Virus genome (UHGV): UHGV-0344182
Reading direction: 5' to 3' (one strand)
Length of the DNA stretch: 39,649 bases
DNA from: a virus
Numbering within the stretch: position 1 is the first letter of the stretch; each line of letters opens with the position of its first letter. Positions 17,501 through 27,731 of this stretch are shown piece after piece. The translations under genes and the position numbers were made by a program. The notes under the pieces are model-generated. The model made no database searches, had not been told where the DNA came from, and worked only from the letters and a program-made list of their open reading frames with translations.

Positions 17501-17988
17501 TTCTTCAGGTTGTAAGCCGTGCGCTCAAGCCATCCGGCGTCAGGGCCGGGCATCGTGTTGCCGTTACGGTCATAATACGTAGGGTTTGTGCCGGGCGGCA
17601 CCGCTTCCCCCGTATAAGGCATGTACAGCGTTCGGTTGAGGTGCAGGCCGTACTCGGGGCGAAGGCCGGATCTCTCCATGGCGGCCTTATCTTCCGGGGT
17701 CATCTGCGCGGCGCCTTCAGCGGCCTGCTGCGCCGTACCCTGTCGCTGATACTTTGGATCAGGGATGTTCACGCTCATATATGCCGGCGTCCCCTGACCC
17801 ATGAAATAGAGAAGGCCGCCGAGACCCGCAAGGTCAACGGGGGGGTCATTTGGGACGGCTACGGCCGGAGCCTGTACGCGGGGAATAGCGCCGCCAGCGC
17901 CTGCGGCCGCGGTTGTTTTGCCGGCTGGCGTCTTGTAGAGGCCGCCATACTGTGGAGTGTTGTTTCTGGAAAAAACGGAACCTGCCAT
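17491..17988 (-). CDS. hypothetical virion-module protein (165 aa)
   Basis: ORF in structural operon. Confidence 0.5.
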   Translation of the reverse strand: MAGSVFSRNNTPQYGGLYKTPAGKTTAAAGAGGAIPRVQAPAVAVPNDPPVDLAGLGGLLYFMGQGTPAYMSVNIPDPKYQRQGTAQQAAEGAAQMTPEDKAAMERSGLRPEYGLHLNRTLYMPYTGEAVPPGTNPTYYDRNGNTMPGPDAGWLERTAYNLKKWF

Positions 17989-18404
17989 TAGAGCAAACCT
18001 CCAAGAAGACCATTAAGAGCACCCATGCCGGCGCCTACAGCGGCGCCCGTGGGGCCAAAGAGAGAACCAACAGCGCCGCCCATACCGGCATTGCCAAGCA
18101 CCTGGCTTTGGCCGGAAGTTAGCCTGCCGTTCCCATTCATCATGCCAAGAAGGCCGCCTATACTGCCCACCGTGCCCATAACGCCGTTCAGGCCGCTGCC
18201 CTGCTGCGTGGCCATGCCGGGCGCCTGTATCTGCTGGAAGCCGGCGCCGCCGCCCTGCTGAGTAACAGGGGGCGTAACCGTTCCTGCGGGGCGGGAATAC
18301 TGTCCCGTTGTGGCCGCGCCTATCTGCCCCTGCTGGAGGCCGTTCTGCCTGAGAAAGGGATTGTTGTACTGCGTCATCATTTTCTGTTCTCCTCTAGCTT
18401 CCAA
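17988..18404 (-). CDS. Gln/Gly-rich small virion protein (about 130 aa) with C-terminal Gly-zipper
   Basis: ORF; C-terminal GLLGMMNGNG...GAGMGALNGLLGGLL Gly-zipper hydrophobic tail. Confidence 0.5.
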   Translation of the reverse strand: MEARGEQKMMTQYNNPFLRQNGLQQGQIGAATTGQYSRPAGTVTPPVTQQGGGAGFQQIQAPGMATQQGSGLNGVMGTVGSIGGLLGMMNGNGRLTSGQSQVLGNAGMGGAVGSLFGPTGAAVGAGMGALNGLLGGLL

Positions 18405-18696
18405 AAATCAGCCATGCCCACGAACCAAAGCCCGAGCCCGTAAGCGTAAAAGTCATTTCTCCACGGGTCATGGCAGAAAGGTACCATGTCATGCCCGCCG
18501 CGTCCGCGTTAAGCGGAACAAGCATCGCCACACGACCGGCACGGCACCGCGGATCCCTGACAGTCTTATCACCCGCTCCAGCCGTAAAAGTGCCCGTATT
18601 GAGCGTTTCGCCAGCGATAGCGCCGTTCACCGCGAGCGCTAAAGCCGTCATCTGTTCGGGCGTAGCCTTCGGATAAATCGCAACCTGCTGCGCCAT
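18394..18696 (-). CDS. hypothetical virion-module protein (100 aa)
   Basis: ORF in structural operon. Confidence 0.5.
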   Translation of the reverse strand: MAQQVAIYPKATPEQMTALALAVNGAIAGETLNTGTFTAGAGDKTVRDPRCRAGRVAMLVPLNADAAGMTWYLSAMTRGEMTFTLTGSGFGSWAWLIFGS

Positions 18697-20177
18697 TACA
18701 TACCCCCTTCAGGCTCAATCAGGGCCTCTACCCCGTGAGCGCCACGCCATACCGTACCGCCGCCAGGAATCACGACACGGGTCGACAGATAATTTGTGCT
18801 GATATGCTGATAACATACGCCGTCCCTGCTTTGCGAGCGGAGAGGGCCGTATTTCGGCTGTTCCTGCTGCCTTGTTCTGTATATGGGGAGCGCTTTTGCG
18901 TCCCCGCGGTCCACTAGCGGGCGCAGGCCGTGAACCATCATCCGGTCACCGCCTATCTCCTGCGTCTCTATGACGGCCTCAAGCGGCTTCCCGTTCAGAA
19001 CGCCCATATACCCTTCAGAATCGAAGCAGCCCATCAGAGAACGGCCGGTCATGAATGCCGGCACGTCCAGCGAGCCAAAGGGAAGCGTATCCAGTGTTCC
19101 GTACTTGTCGAGGTCATCTAGCGTTTCACCCCGGGCGTAGTCCCCAAAAAGGGTCTGCACGGAAAGAACGCCGTAAGACCACTTGTCGATGTCGTAGGAA
19201 TAGATGAGTACTCTGTCCAGTACGCCGGCTTCAGCCACTTTGGAAGGGAAGGCCCAAATGCAGATACGGTTTACGGGGTCATGCCAGCCGACGATTTCTG
19301 AAATCCGCGTGTGCTCAACCTGCGAGAAGAACCACTCATCGATGCGCTCAATCCCGAGGGCCTTAGTGGAAGTCCCATCTGTGATGTACCAGCCATCATC
19401 GGAAAGGTAGATGCACCCCACCCCAAAATTGACGGGGCTTTTGGGCGCAAGGAGGCCGCGCACGGCGTCAATCTGTTTGAAGTTGAAAACGTAGGGTGGT
19501 CCTACGTAGGCCATGCGCTGAACGGCACGCTCAAGGAACACGATGCCGTCAGTCTGCCCCACGGCGCCCATGACGGCCATAACGCGGCCGCCTTCGGGGA
19601 AATGCTGATAGTCTGATTGCCTCGCGGCGGCGTCATTGGTGCCGGGTTCCGGCCATGTGTCGGGGTCATCCATAGCTGACCACTGGATGCGCTGCCGGTT
19701 GCCCGTCAGGTCGCCGAGGACAAGAAATTCCTTCACAATCGCCATACATTGGGCTGTCGGGGCATTCGAGACAGCGGAAAAATCACCAAAACCACCCGAG
19801 ACAGTGGATTTATACAAACTCGTGCCGTACAGCATATACAGAGACGGCCCCCAGTTGGCGAAAACGCGGTTTGTGCTGACTGTCTCCGTGGTGAGCTTGG
19901 CCACCCATTCACCGCCCTGCAGGGCATAAACAGGGCCGGCGGAAGAAGCGGCCAGCGTAAGCAGGTCGCCGTTGACGTCGCGGAGCGTGCAGGCCGCGAG
20001 GCACCGCCCGCCCGGCAGTTGAGGAAAAGAGAGGCGGGACACGCCCGGCAGATACCTGTATCCGCGCTTGCCGGGGATAACATTGCGGGCTTCCGGCGCC
20101 TGCTGGCCATTAAGAAGCACGTCATCCGGTTCCCACGCCCCGAATTGCAGGAGAACCTTTTTTGCCTGACTACTCAC
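18696..20177 (-). CDS. virion structural protein (493 aa), candidate tail/neck accessory protein
   Basis: long ORF coupled to neighbours; beta-rich composition; no specific motif recognised. Confidence 0.65.
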   Translation of the reverse strand: MSSQAKKVLLQFGAWEPDDVLLNGQQAPEARNVIPGKRGYRYLPGVSRLSFPQLPGGRCLAACTLRDVNGDLLTLAASSAGPVYALQGGEWVAKLTTETVSTNRVFANWGPSLYMLYGTSLYKSTVSGGFGDFSAVSNAPTAQCMAIVKEFLVLGDLTGNRQRIQWSAMDDPDTWPEPGTNDAAARQSDYQHFPEGGRVMAVMGAVGQTDGIVFLERAVQRMAYVGPPYVFNFKQIDAVRGLLAPKSPVNFGVGCIYLSDDGWYITDGTSTKALGIERIDEWFFSQVEHTRISEIVGWHDPVNRICIWAFPSKVAEAGVLDRVLIYSYDIDKWSYGVLSVQTLFGDYARGETLDDLDKYGTLDTLPFGSLDVPAFMTGRSLMGCFDSEGYMGVLNGKPLEAVIETQEIGGDRMMVHGLRPLVDRGDAKALPIYRTRQQEQPKYGPLRSQSRDGVCYQHISTNYLSTRVVIPGGGTVWRGAHGVEALIEPEGGM

Positions 20178-20692
20178 TCAATACCCCCCCCCGTCTGCTG
20201 CGAAAATGTACCGGTGCGCACCCATACGCCATTAGGGCTTTCATATTCTGTCCATACGCCCGTAGCGCGATCTTCCGGAGACCATGCCCAGCCGCGGAAC
20301 GTGAACTTCATGGCCTGACCTGAGCCCCATTCGTCAGAGCAGGCAAAAAAGCGCACTCTGATATAATTAAAAGTTTCGCCGCTCACGGCGCCGGCTGTTG
20401 CCGTGTACACAGCGCCGCGCCTGTAGGTGAGACTGCCGCCTGACAGAATAGCGCAGGGGGCAACAGCGTTACCGGGCACCCACGCCCTGCGGGTGAAGAA
20501 CGTGCCGCCCGTCTGTGCATTCCCTTCAGGGGCATACCGTCTTGCGCGGACAAGCCTTTCACTTTCCCCCGACACGGCATTGAATACGGTATCATCTCCG
20601 GCGATATAGGGGTCATCCAGAGAGACGGTCCCCATGCCGTCTATATCGGCGCCAAAAAGGCGGTCAAAATCGTCAAGGGTGAAGTCGCGCAT
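20174..20692 (-). CDS. hypothetical structural protein (172 aa)
   Basis: ORF overlapping the downstream gene start by 4 nt. Confidence 0.55.
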   Translation of the reverse strand: MRDFTLDDFDRLFGADIDGMGTVSLDDPYIAGDDTVFNAVSGESERLVRARRYAPEGNAQTGGTFFTRRAWVPGNAVAPCAILSGGSLTYRRGAVYTATAGAVSGETFNYIRVRFFACSDEWGSGQAMKFTFRGWAWSPEDRATGVWTEYESPNGVWVRTGTFSQQTGGGIE

Positions 20693-21066
20693 TAGTCTAT
20701 GGTGAGCTTCAAATCACCGGTATGCACAATAATTGTGTCATTGACAGACAGTTCTTTTGCCGTGGACAGGGCACCGTACCACACGAGGTTCCCGCCCGTA
20801 GCGGCGTCATACACGCCCCACGCAACCACGGTTCCCCACCCGGCCGTAGCCGTGGGGAACTCTATAGCGGCGGAGTTGGTCATGCTGGAAGGGTCGCCGG
20901 ATACCGGGTTGGCAAACGTAATCGCCTGTCTGGCATACGCGCCGCCAGTTACTTCGGTGCCGTCCGTGCTGTCAGTAGGCAGTGCCGTCAGCACGCCGAG
21001 GTAGTACGTTTTGGCGCTTTTAACCAATCCGAGCACATACGTTTCACCGTAATTAGTCAGGCTCAT
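20692..21066 (-). CDS. hypothetical structural protein (124 aa)
   Basis: ORF in structural operon. Confidence 0.55.
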   Translation of the reverse strand: MSLTNYGETYVLGLVKSAKTYYLGVLTALPTDSTDGTEVTGGAYARQAITFANPVSGDPSSMTNSAAIEFPTATAGWGTVVAWGVYDAATGGNLVWYGALSTAKELSVNDTIIVHTGDLKLTID

Positions 21067-21717
21067 TTATATCCTCCTCATGGGCCGCATGCTAATATCC
21101 TTAGGGTATCGGGCCTGCGTCTCCTGCTGGCTGATGTCCGCCACGGCCTGCCGGTAATACTGTGCCCACATATCAACAGGCACGCTTCCACGGGTAAAAA
21201 CAGCGGATTCGATGAGAGAGCCGTAGAGGTACAGGTCAGGGTGCCGCAGCAGGATCTCATTGTCGGGCTGTTCGTCCCCGAGCGGCGGGATTTCCGCATA
21301 GTAGGTCAACTGGAGCTTGCCCGCCTGATCAGGCGTAGGCAGAATGAATAAATCATTGGCTTCAATTGTGAAGCAGTACGGCCGGCCTGTCTTTTCCAGC
21401 AGAAGCGCATACTCATCCGGGGACGCGTACCACAGATTGACGCTTCCGTTCCCGTCGGAAGGCGTCCAGACAATATCCCGCATCTCAAGAAAAACGTTCC
21501 ACTGCCCCGGCACCCGTTTCATGGGTAAGGGCATCTGCCCCTGCTCCTTAGGTAAAGAGGCATGCGCCCTGTGCTCCATAGCGCGCAGGCGCAGCGTCCT
21601 GTTCCCCCGCTGCTCCCACATCCTGATGAACACAGGGATACGGTCAGTCAGGTCCTCACGGCCGAGGTAGTCGGCTATAGCCGCCTTCAGACCCTCATAC
21701 GTCGTCAGGTCAGCCAT
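21067..21717 (-). CDS. hypothetical head/neck protein (216 aa)
   Basis: ORF directly downstream of the capsid genes. Confidence 0.55.
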   Translation of the reverse strand: MADLTTYEGLKAAIADYLGREDLTDRIPVFIRMWEQRGNRTLRLRAMEHRAHASLPKEQGQMPLPMKRVPGQWNVFLEMRDIVWTPSDGNGSVNLWYASPDEYALLLEKTGRPYCFTIEANDLFILPTPDQAGKLQLTYYAEIPPLGDEQPDNEILLRHPDLYLYGSLIESAVFTRGSVPVDMWAQYYRQAVADISQQETQARYPKDISMRPMRRI

Positions 21718-22046
21718 TACACTACCTCATTTGTTGTCCTGAACGCCCTGTTCATTGGGTCGTTAAGGAACTTCCTCATATCGTCAGGGTCGTTGAGAAT
21801 ATCCAGCCCCTGCGCTTTGGCGATGTCCACGGCGGCCACAGGGATGCTCGCCACTTTGCGGAACGTGGGGGCAAACCGGAAGCCCCGGAAGCGGTCACGG
21901 TCACGGGCCGCCCTGTTCAGGCGCAGAATATCCGTGACGTCCTGTTCCCGGAAGAGACGAAAGTCGTCCGTCACATAATCCGTCACGCCGTCATCGCGGC
22001 GCTCAAGGACCTGCCCGGCTTTCCCCTGCTGAAGATTAACGCTCAT
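21717..22046 (-). CDS. hypothetical head protein (109 aa)
   Basis: ORF between major capsid gene and the 216-aa gene. Confidence 0.5.
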   Translation of the reverse strand: MSVNLQQGKAGQVLERRDDGVTDYVTDDFRLFREQDVTDILRLNRAARDRDRFRGFRFAPTFRKVASIPVAAVDIAKAQGLDILNDPDDMRKFLNDPMNRAFRTTNEVV

Positions 22047-22091
22047 GTATCCTCCAGAAAGGGGCCCGCCAGAAGGCAGGCCCCGAAAAAG

Positions 22092-23042
22092 CTAGGCGGC
22101 CTTCAGGTCAGCAAGGACGCCGGAAGAGGCTTCGTTGCGTGCCTCAAGCGTAGCTTCAGCCACGATAAAGCCCTTTTCGGAATCGCCGGTTACGGCGAGG
22201 CGCTGTTCCTGGAACGGGCGCAGGAAGGCCACCTTCCAGTACTCAGGGTCGAGAACGAAAGCGCAGCCCTTGGAGTAAGTCACATAGGCCTGAACCCTGT
22301 TCGGCACGAGCTTCAGGGCGCCAAAATCGGAAACGTAGACGTCGATAACGGCCGTAGCCTTTTTCATTTCCGCCTTTTCCATCTTGGTGCTTCCGCCGGT
22401 CAGCACCTCAGACATTTTCACGCGAATATCCGGGGCCATCATAATTGTATTTGGGTTGCCGCCAGCGTTGTAAATGCTGGTGAGCAGGGCTTTCAGCAGA
22501 GCCTCAGTCGGGACACGGGCCGTACCGGCCGTGCAGGCAGAGGAAGAAGTAGCGGCTGCGCCGGAAGTACCGCCGGCAAAATTAGTGGTAAGCCAGCAGG
22601 GAAGGCCCGTCATCAGCCTGCCACTTGTACTTTCGCCGGCTGCAAACTGATTGCTCAGAAGGGCAAATTCGAGGTCCTTCTTAATCTCTTTCATCCTGAG
22701 GGCCATCTGATGAGTGTACTGCTGGGTTACGCCGTTCTGCACAACGGCCTGCGCCGTGCCGGACACGCTCACGGCCTTCATCAGAATCTGGGTTTTATTG
22801 CTCAGTTCCGTAGTGTTGGAACCGGCAAAAGTGGTAACGTCAATGCCTTCTTTCTGTGCGTTGGAGCCGGGGGCCGTCAGAGCGTCCGTCTGCCACTCAT
22901 GAAGGGTCTGGGACGCAGTAGTACGCCCGCACATCGTCAGGAAAGGCGTGTCCGTAGGGGACACGTCGAAAATCAGTTTGGAAAGGTCACGGGGCTTGCC
23001 GTTGACATTGGCATCCTTTACCTGTCCGCTAACTACAGCCAT
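22092..23042 (-). CDS. major capsid protein (316 aa)
   Basis: position immediately after the scaffold gene; size and composition consistent with a coat protein. Confidence 0.65.
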   Translation of the reverse strand: MAVVSGQVKDANVNGKPRDLSKLIFDVSPTDTPFLTMCGRTTASQTLHEWQTDALTAPGSNAQKEGIDVTTFAGSNTTELSNKTQILMKAVSVSGTAQAVVQNGVTQQYTHQMALRMKEIKKDLEFALLSNQFAAGESTSGRLMTGLPCWLTTNFAGGTSGAAATSSSACTAGTARVPTEALLKALLTSIYNAGGNPNTIMMAPDIRVKMSEVLTGGSTKMEKAEMKKATAVIDVYVSDFGALKLVPNRVQAYVTYSKGCAFVLDPEYWKVAFLRPFQEQRLAVTGDSEKGFIVAEATLEARNEASSGVLADLKAA

Positions 23043-23057
23043 ATGTTTTATCCTCCT

Positions 23058-24053
23058 TTAGTCCATAGCCGCGAGAGCGGCCGCAAGTGCATCTGTACTG
23101 TTCGGGTTCTTGTAGAATCTGGCGAACGCCTGTTTCTGGACGGAAGCGGTGCCATCCTTCACGCCGGAAGGAGCCTGCACCTTGGGGGCTTCAGCCACCT
23201 TTTTTTCCGCCGCAGCACGGGCTTTCTCCATCTTGTCGTAGAGCATGGCCTTCGTCACCAGCTCCAGCTCGTACCCCTTGGACAGGCTGTTAATAGCCTT
23301 GTCCGGAACGCCCGCGTCCTTCATGTACTGATAGACTTCCGCCGTATACGTCTTGCCGTCGTAGCCGTCCCCGATAAGGGCACGGATTTTTGGTTCAACG
23401 GTCTGATACTCAGCGGAGATGGCCTGCTGATATTCCTGCGCCCTTTTAGCTTCTACAGCCTGCGCCGTCTGCCTGATACGGGCGCCGAGCGCCTGCACGG
23501 CATCCGTGCGCTTCTGAACTTCACGCGCCAGCCTGATGTACTCAGACGGGTTCTGTTCACTCAGGGCCTGCCAGTCGATACCGGAGTACTCGGCATTGAC
23601 GATTGCCTCTATGAGCTGATTTGCCTGCCCGAGCAGGGTGGCCGCGGCGTTGATCTGATTGTCACGGTCCGCGCGCTCATTAAGGACGGTCTGCCGCTCC
23701 TGCGCCATAGCCTGTGCGTGAGTTTCCGCCATGGCATGCACGGCAGAGCGGGCATCAGGGGCAAGTTTGCCCCAGGTATCAGCATTAAAGCCTTCCGGCA
23801 TGGGGACTTCGGCCGGCTCAGCAGGGGCGGCCGGCTGCCCCTGCCCCCCGTCTTCCCCATCCTGCCCGGCGTCATCGGGCTGTTCGCCCGGCTTGGGTTC
23901 CGTCTCATCGCCGGCATTATCGCTGGCGGTATTGTCTTCCCCGTCCAGCGCGGAAACAATGTCATCCACGCTATTCAGTGTGGACGGTTCAGCGGAAGCG
24001 GGAGAAGGGGTGTTTTCGGTGACCGTGTCCACGGCCTGTTCGCCATTCGTCAT
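23058..24053 (-). CDS. scaffolding protein
   Basis: very acidic low-complexity N-terminus (D/E/G/P rich) followed by long Ala/Gln/Glu coiled coil; located between portal and capsid genes. Confidence 0.65.
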   Translation of the reverse strand: MTNGEQAVDTVTENTPSPASAEPSTLNSVDDIVSALDGEDNTASDNAGDETEPKPGEQPDDAGQDGEDGGQGQPAAPAEPAEVPMPEGFNADTWGKLAPDARSAVHAMAETHAQAMAQERQTVLNERADRDNQINAAATLLGQANQLIEAIVNAEYSGIDWQALSEQNPSEYIRLAREVQKRTDAVQALGARIRQTAQAVEAKRAQEYQQAISAEYQTVEPKIRALIGDGYDGKTYTAEVYQYMKDAGVPDKAINSLSKGYELELVTKAMLYDKMEKARAAAEKKVAEAPKVQAPSGVKDGTASVQKQAFARFYKNPNSTDALAAALAAMD

Positions 24054-24055
24054 AA

Positions 24056-24337
24056 CTAACCTCTACATAATTTTTTGATTTTATTCAACATTTTCATAAA
24101 GACGTTGTCTTTTGTGGAAAAGGCCACGTCCTCAAGCGTTTGAAGAAGGCAGGCCTGAACCCTGTGGAGCGCCTGAAGGTCACGCCACAGGGCATCACGT
24201 TCTCTGAGGGACTGTTCCCCCTTCCAGCGGGAGCATATACCGTGCTCCACCTTTTTTACGGCCCCGATAAAAACGGGGCTCGTAAGAATGCGGTATGCCA
24301 TTTCGGCGTTCTCTCTATCTTTCTGAGTGGCGGTCAT
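24056..24337 (-). CDS. hypothetical protein (93 aa) between portal and scaffold
   Basis: ORF; overlaps portal stop. Confidence 0.45.
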   Translation of the reverse strand: MTATQKDRENAEMAYRILTSPVFIGAVKKVEHGICSRWKGEQSLRERDALWRDLQALHRVQACLLQTLEDVAFSTKDNVFMKMLNKIKKLCRG

Positions 24338-26445
24338 ACGGACTGCTCCTTAATGTCAGTAAGGCCAGGGCCTCGTTGCCCCTGTAAAATACGTGCGTAG
24401 TCAAGTTGCTTCTCCAGCTGCATTTCCTGAGCTTTAAGCGCGGCGTTTGCCTGCACCTTAGCTGCCTGCACGGTAGCGTCAGACTGTACTTTAGCGGCCT
24501 TGCCGGAAGCGTCATTCTGTGCCTGCGCCTGCTTAATCTGCATATCGAGCTGGGCTTTCTGGAGCGCGGTTTGCGCCTTGACCTTCTCCACCTGGACTTT
24601 TGCCGCCGTGAGCGGGTCCATGCCCTGCCCGGCCTGCTTTTGCTGGAGGATGAGCTGTTCAGCCTGTTTCGCGTCTTCTTCCGTGCCAAAGAAGCGTTCC
24701 GGTGCTTCCAGTCCGGCCGCCTCTACCATCTTATGGCACGTGTAGATGACGTTGCTGATGCGCACGGGAGACGCCGTACTCAGCTGCGCGATAAAGGACT
24801 GCTGGATCTGGAGTATCTGCTGATAGGCGGCAAGCATCTTCTGCCTGCTGCCTGTACCAAGCCCCACGGCTACGGATATATCCATATCCGGATCCCACTT
24901 ACGGGGGTCGAAGTTCATGAAGCGGCCCTTTAAGCGCACCTGCACGGCCTTGTCATGGTAACGGTGCAGGAGGTTCAGCACGTATCGGCCAAGCGGCTTG
25001 AAGAACATCTCCGCATACACTCTGGCAATCATCTCAAGGCGCTGATTAATCGCCTCTTCCATTATAGATGCGCCCGTGGCCGTATTCTGGAGAGTATCAG
25101 CGTCGAGGCTTTGCGTGCGGGACGTGACGCCGGAACGCCGCTCCACAAGCTGATCCGTCAGCTGGAGGCCCTGCACGGCTTCATTAGCCGAACTGTTCAC
25201 CGGAAGCGGTGTGATAGAGGCACCTCCACGCACGCGGTACAGAGCGCCGGGTTTGCGGGACAGGAGCGAGTCAATATCCGCCCACCCCGTTTGGCTAGGG
25301 CCGTAATCGACTACGAGCTCACCGGAGTTGGCGTAGCTCAGGGCGTCCAGATACGAGCGGGTCAGGTCAGTACGCAGGTCCTGCACATCGGCTACGAGGT
25401 CAGCGAGGCAGAGCCCCACCACCTGATGCGGCATAGGCACCGAACAGGCCGCGAAAAGCGGCGCGCGGTACAGCGGCCACTCTTCCACAGAAAGGATCTT
25501 AGTGTCCGATCCATCGCCCACATATACGACCTTAGCCTTTTCAGACATGCCGTCGCCGTTCAGGTCTACGTCCAGCCACGCTTCATAGACTTTGAAGCGC
25601 CGACTTTCAAAACTTTCTGTTTCTCCCGTGCCGTCAGAGGCAGAGTTGACGCGCTGGCCTATACTCTTCTCTTCGGGGTCATCATCCGCCCCGTAGACGG
25701 GAAGATCTTCCAGCGTCTCACGCCTATAACCTTCCTGCATCAGCTGCGTAGCCGTCCTGACTTCCCAGTGTGCGATAAAGCGGGCATGCTCCACATCCTC
25801 AGCTTCAGAAGACACAAGAACGTTTTCCGAAGGGACGGGGTCAAGGCGCACGTCATGCGTGACCGTCTTTGTGCGCACGGTCACGGCGCAGGCCATGCCG
25901 CCCGGCATAGCCGGTTCGGGGTACTGCTCCACTTCCGCCACGCCGCCGCGGGCTTCCGTGTCGGCAATCATGGCCTGTGCTTCCTGCACAGAAAGGCCGG
26001 TGAAGCGCTCCATAGTCTGAAGCTCTTCACGCGGCGCGTGTGCGAGGCACCACCCTACGCGCTGATACAAGCCGTCCTTCAGCGTGTCATGTATGAGCCG
26101 GAACATCGAGCGCCCGAAGACCACCTGATTTACATAAAGCGTGGCATCAGCGGCGGCCTGCTCCTGCGCCGGCGTGCGCGGCTCAAAGCGGATAATCTCA
26201 TCGCCGCCGGCGAAGACGCGCATAAGCCCAGGCATCGCCCATTCTATTGTCTCCATCACGGTACGGTCTACGTAGGTAGAGAGACAGCGCTTCTCGCGGT
26301 CATCGTCCACACCGTAGCCGTAGCCGAGATAGCGCTTTTTGAGCTTCGCGCGGTCGCTGGAGAGCTGACCGCCCGGCGTACCGATAGCAGAAGCGCTTTC
26401 CCTGATAATAATTTTGCGTACCTTGTCTTCTATATCTGTCAGCAT
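24334..26445 (-). CDS. portal protein (about 703 aa)
   Basis: start refined to ATG 26445 (MLTDIEDKV), overlapping the TerL stop as ATGCTGA; large protein following TerL; coiled-coil Ala/Lys/Gln-rich C-terminus. Confidence 0.8.
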   Translation of the reverse strand: MLTDIEDKVRKIIIRESASAIGTPGGQLSSDRAKLKKRYLGYGYGVDDDREKRCLSTYVDRTVMETIEWAMPGLMRVFAGGDEIIRFEPRTPAQEQAAADATLYVNQVVFGRSMFRLIHDTLKDGLYQRVGWCLAHAPREELQTMERFTGLSVQEAQAMIADTEARGGVAEVEQYPEPAMPGGMACAVTVRTKTVTHDVRLDPVPSENVLVSSEAEDVEHARFIAHWEVRTATQLMQEGYRRETLEDLPVYGADDDPEEKSIGQRVNSASDGTGETESFESRRFKVYEAWLDVDLNGDGMSEKAKVVYVGDGSDTKILSVEEWPLYRAPLFAACSVPMPHQVVGLCLADLVADVQDLRTDLTRSYLDALSYANSGELVVDYGPSQTGWADIDSLLSRKPGALYRVRGGASITPLPVNSSANEAVQGLQLTDQLVERRSGVTSRTQSLDADTLQNTATGASIMEEAINQRLEMIARVYAEMFFKPLGRYVLNLLHRYHDKAVQVRLKGRFMNFDPRKWDPDMDISVAVGLGTGSRQKMLAAYQQILQIQQSFIAQLSTASPVRISNVIYTCHKMVEAAGLEAPERFFGTEEDAKQAEQLILQQKQAGQGMDPLTAAKVQVEKVKAQTALQKAQLDMQIKQAQAQNDASGKAAKVQSDATVQAAKVQANAALKAQEMQLEKQLDYARILQGQRGPGLTDIKEQSV

Positions 26446-27731
26446 ATAGTAAGTCTTGTCCCCCGTCTCAGGGGCTCCATAGCCCCAGTGTCTGTACGGA
26501 TAAAGCCCACGGCGGCATACCGCATGGCGTCCGCACCGTGAGAAGTCCAGTCGTGGAGCGGCTGCGTCCTGAAGCACTGATGCTCCTCGTCGTACTCTCT
26601 CTGATAGCCCCACAGGGCGGAAAGCCCCTGAGCGCATTTATCCTTGTCTATGTAGGAGCAGGCCAGCACCTGCCGGACGCTCTCTATGCCGTCCATAACG
26701 GGCAGCTGAGGTGCGGCAGTGAAGCCTATCCCCAGCCGGCGGGCCGTCTCAAGGCGGGTCACGCCCGTACCCAGCTCCCGCACAGCTATATCATGCGGCG
26801 CTATGTGCTGACCGTAGCGGTACCCTTTTTTAGCCAGGACTTCTGCGTAGTGCATGAGCCCCTCACCGGCGGTCTCGTAGTAGTCAACGAAACGGTACTG
26901 CCCGCGGGATGTGCCATCATTCAGCCACTGGAAGAACCAAATCGCGGTACTGTCGGCCATACCGAGGTCCCACGCCGTATGCACGAGCAGTGTAGGGTCT
27001 ACCGGCACTGAGCCGATACGGCCGGCGCTCTCCGCTTCCTGAAGGATCCTGCCATAGTAGGAGCCCTGCGCCACGAGAAGCGGGTTCCCTTCCCAGACGC
27101 AGTCGTACTTGTCGGGGTCAGTCTTCTTACAGTGCTCCATCTCCTGACGGAGCACGTCCGGGAACCACGAGTTATCCCTGTACGTCACCTTGCGGACGTA
27201 GGATCCGGGCGGCGGCGTGTGGACGATGAAGCGCTGCCAGACGGGAGCGTGCACCCTGCTCGGGTTGAAGGAGATCCATATCTCCGACCCATGCGTGCGC
27301 ATGGTGGGGATAAGCAGGTCCAGCGACCGCTCAGATACCGTCTCCGCCTCTTCTATCCAGCAGTGAGTAAGACCCTCATACGACTTTATCTTTTCCGGGG
27401 ACGTCCGGAGGCCGGAAAAAATAAAAAGGCTTCCATTGAGGCCGCGTATCTCAGCATCTGTAGAGCGGTAAAAGTCACCCATGCCGAGGCGCTCTATCTC
27501 ATCATCAAGCAGGCGCTTCACGCTATCCCTGATGCTGTTTTGCACCTCACGGGCGCACAGGCACCGGATAGGACGGCGGCGCCCCTCTATGAGCAGAGCG
27601 GACGCGAAGGCGCGGCTTTTGCCGCCACCACGGCCCCCGTAGAAGACCTTGTACCGGTGAGGCTTGAAAAGCTCCTCGAAGGCCTCAGGGAAGAAGGCGT
27701 CCACGCGGTGCACTACTCTTTCTCTGTGCAC
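26439..27731 (-). CDS. terL: terminase large subunit
   Basis: Walker A KVFYGGRGGGKS near N-terminus; C-terminal nuclease-like region; overlaps TerS by 19 nt. Confidence 0.9.
   Translation of the reverse strand: MHRERVVHRVDAFFPEAFEELFKPHRYKVFYGGRGGGKSRAFASALLIEGRRRPIRCLCAREVQNSIRDSVKRLLDDEIERLGMGDFYRSTDAEIRGLNGSLFIFSGLRTSPEKIKSYEGLTHCWIEEAETVSERSLDLLIPTMRTHGSEIWISFNPSRVHAPVWQRFIVHTPPPGSYVRKVTYRDNSWFPDVLRQEMEHCKKTDPDKYDCVWEGNPLLVAQGSYYGRILQEAESAGRIGSVPVDPTLLVHTAWDLGMADSTAIWFFQWLNDGTSRGQYRFVDYYETAGEGLMHYAEVLAKKGYRYGQHIAPHDIAVRELGTGVTRLETARRLGIGFTAAPQLPVMDGIESVRQVLACSYIDKDKCAQGLSALWGYQREYDEEHQCFRTQPLHDWTSHGADAMRYAAVGFIRTDTGAMEPLRRGTRLTIC

Noticed and set aside
22710-24059. 449-aa + strand ORF
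   Set aside because: Antisense to the major capsid and scaffold genes; Arg/Leu/Gly-rich low-complexity product, no RBS; shadow ORF.
24955-26541. 528-aa + strand ORF
   Set aside because: Antisense to the portal gene; Arg/His/Ala-rich; shadow ORF.
26445-26637. N-terminal 64-aa extension of the portal ORF
   Set aside because: Would overlap TerL by 200 nt; ATG at 26445 gives the canonical ATGCTGA start/stop overlap with TerL.
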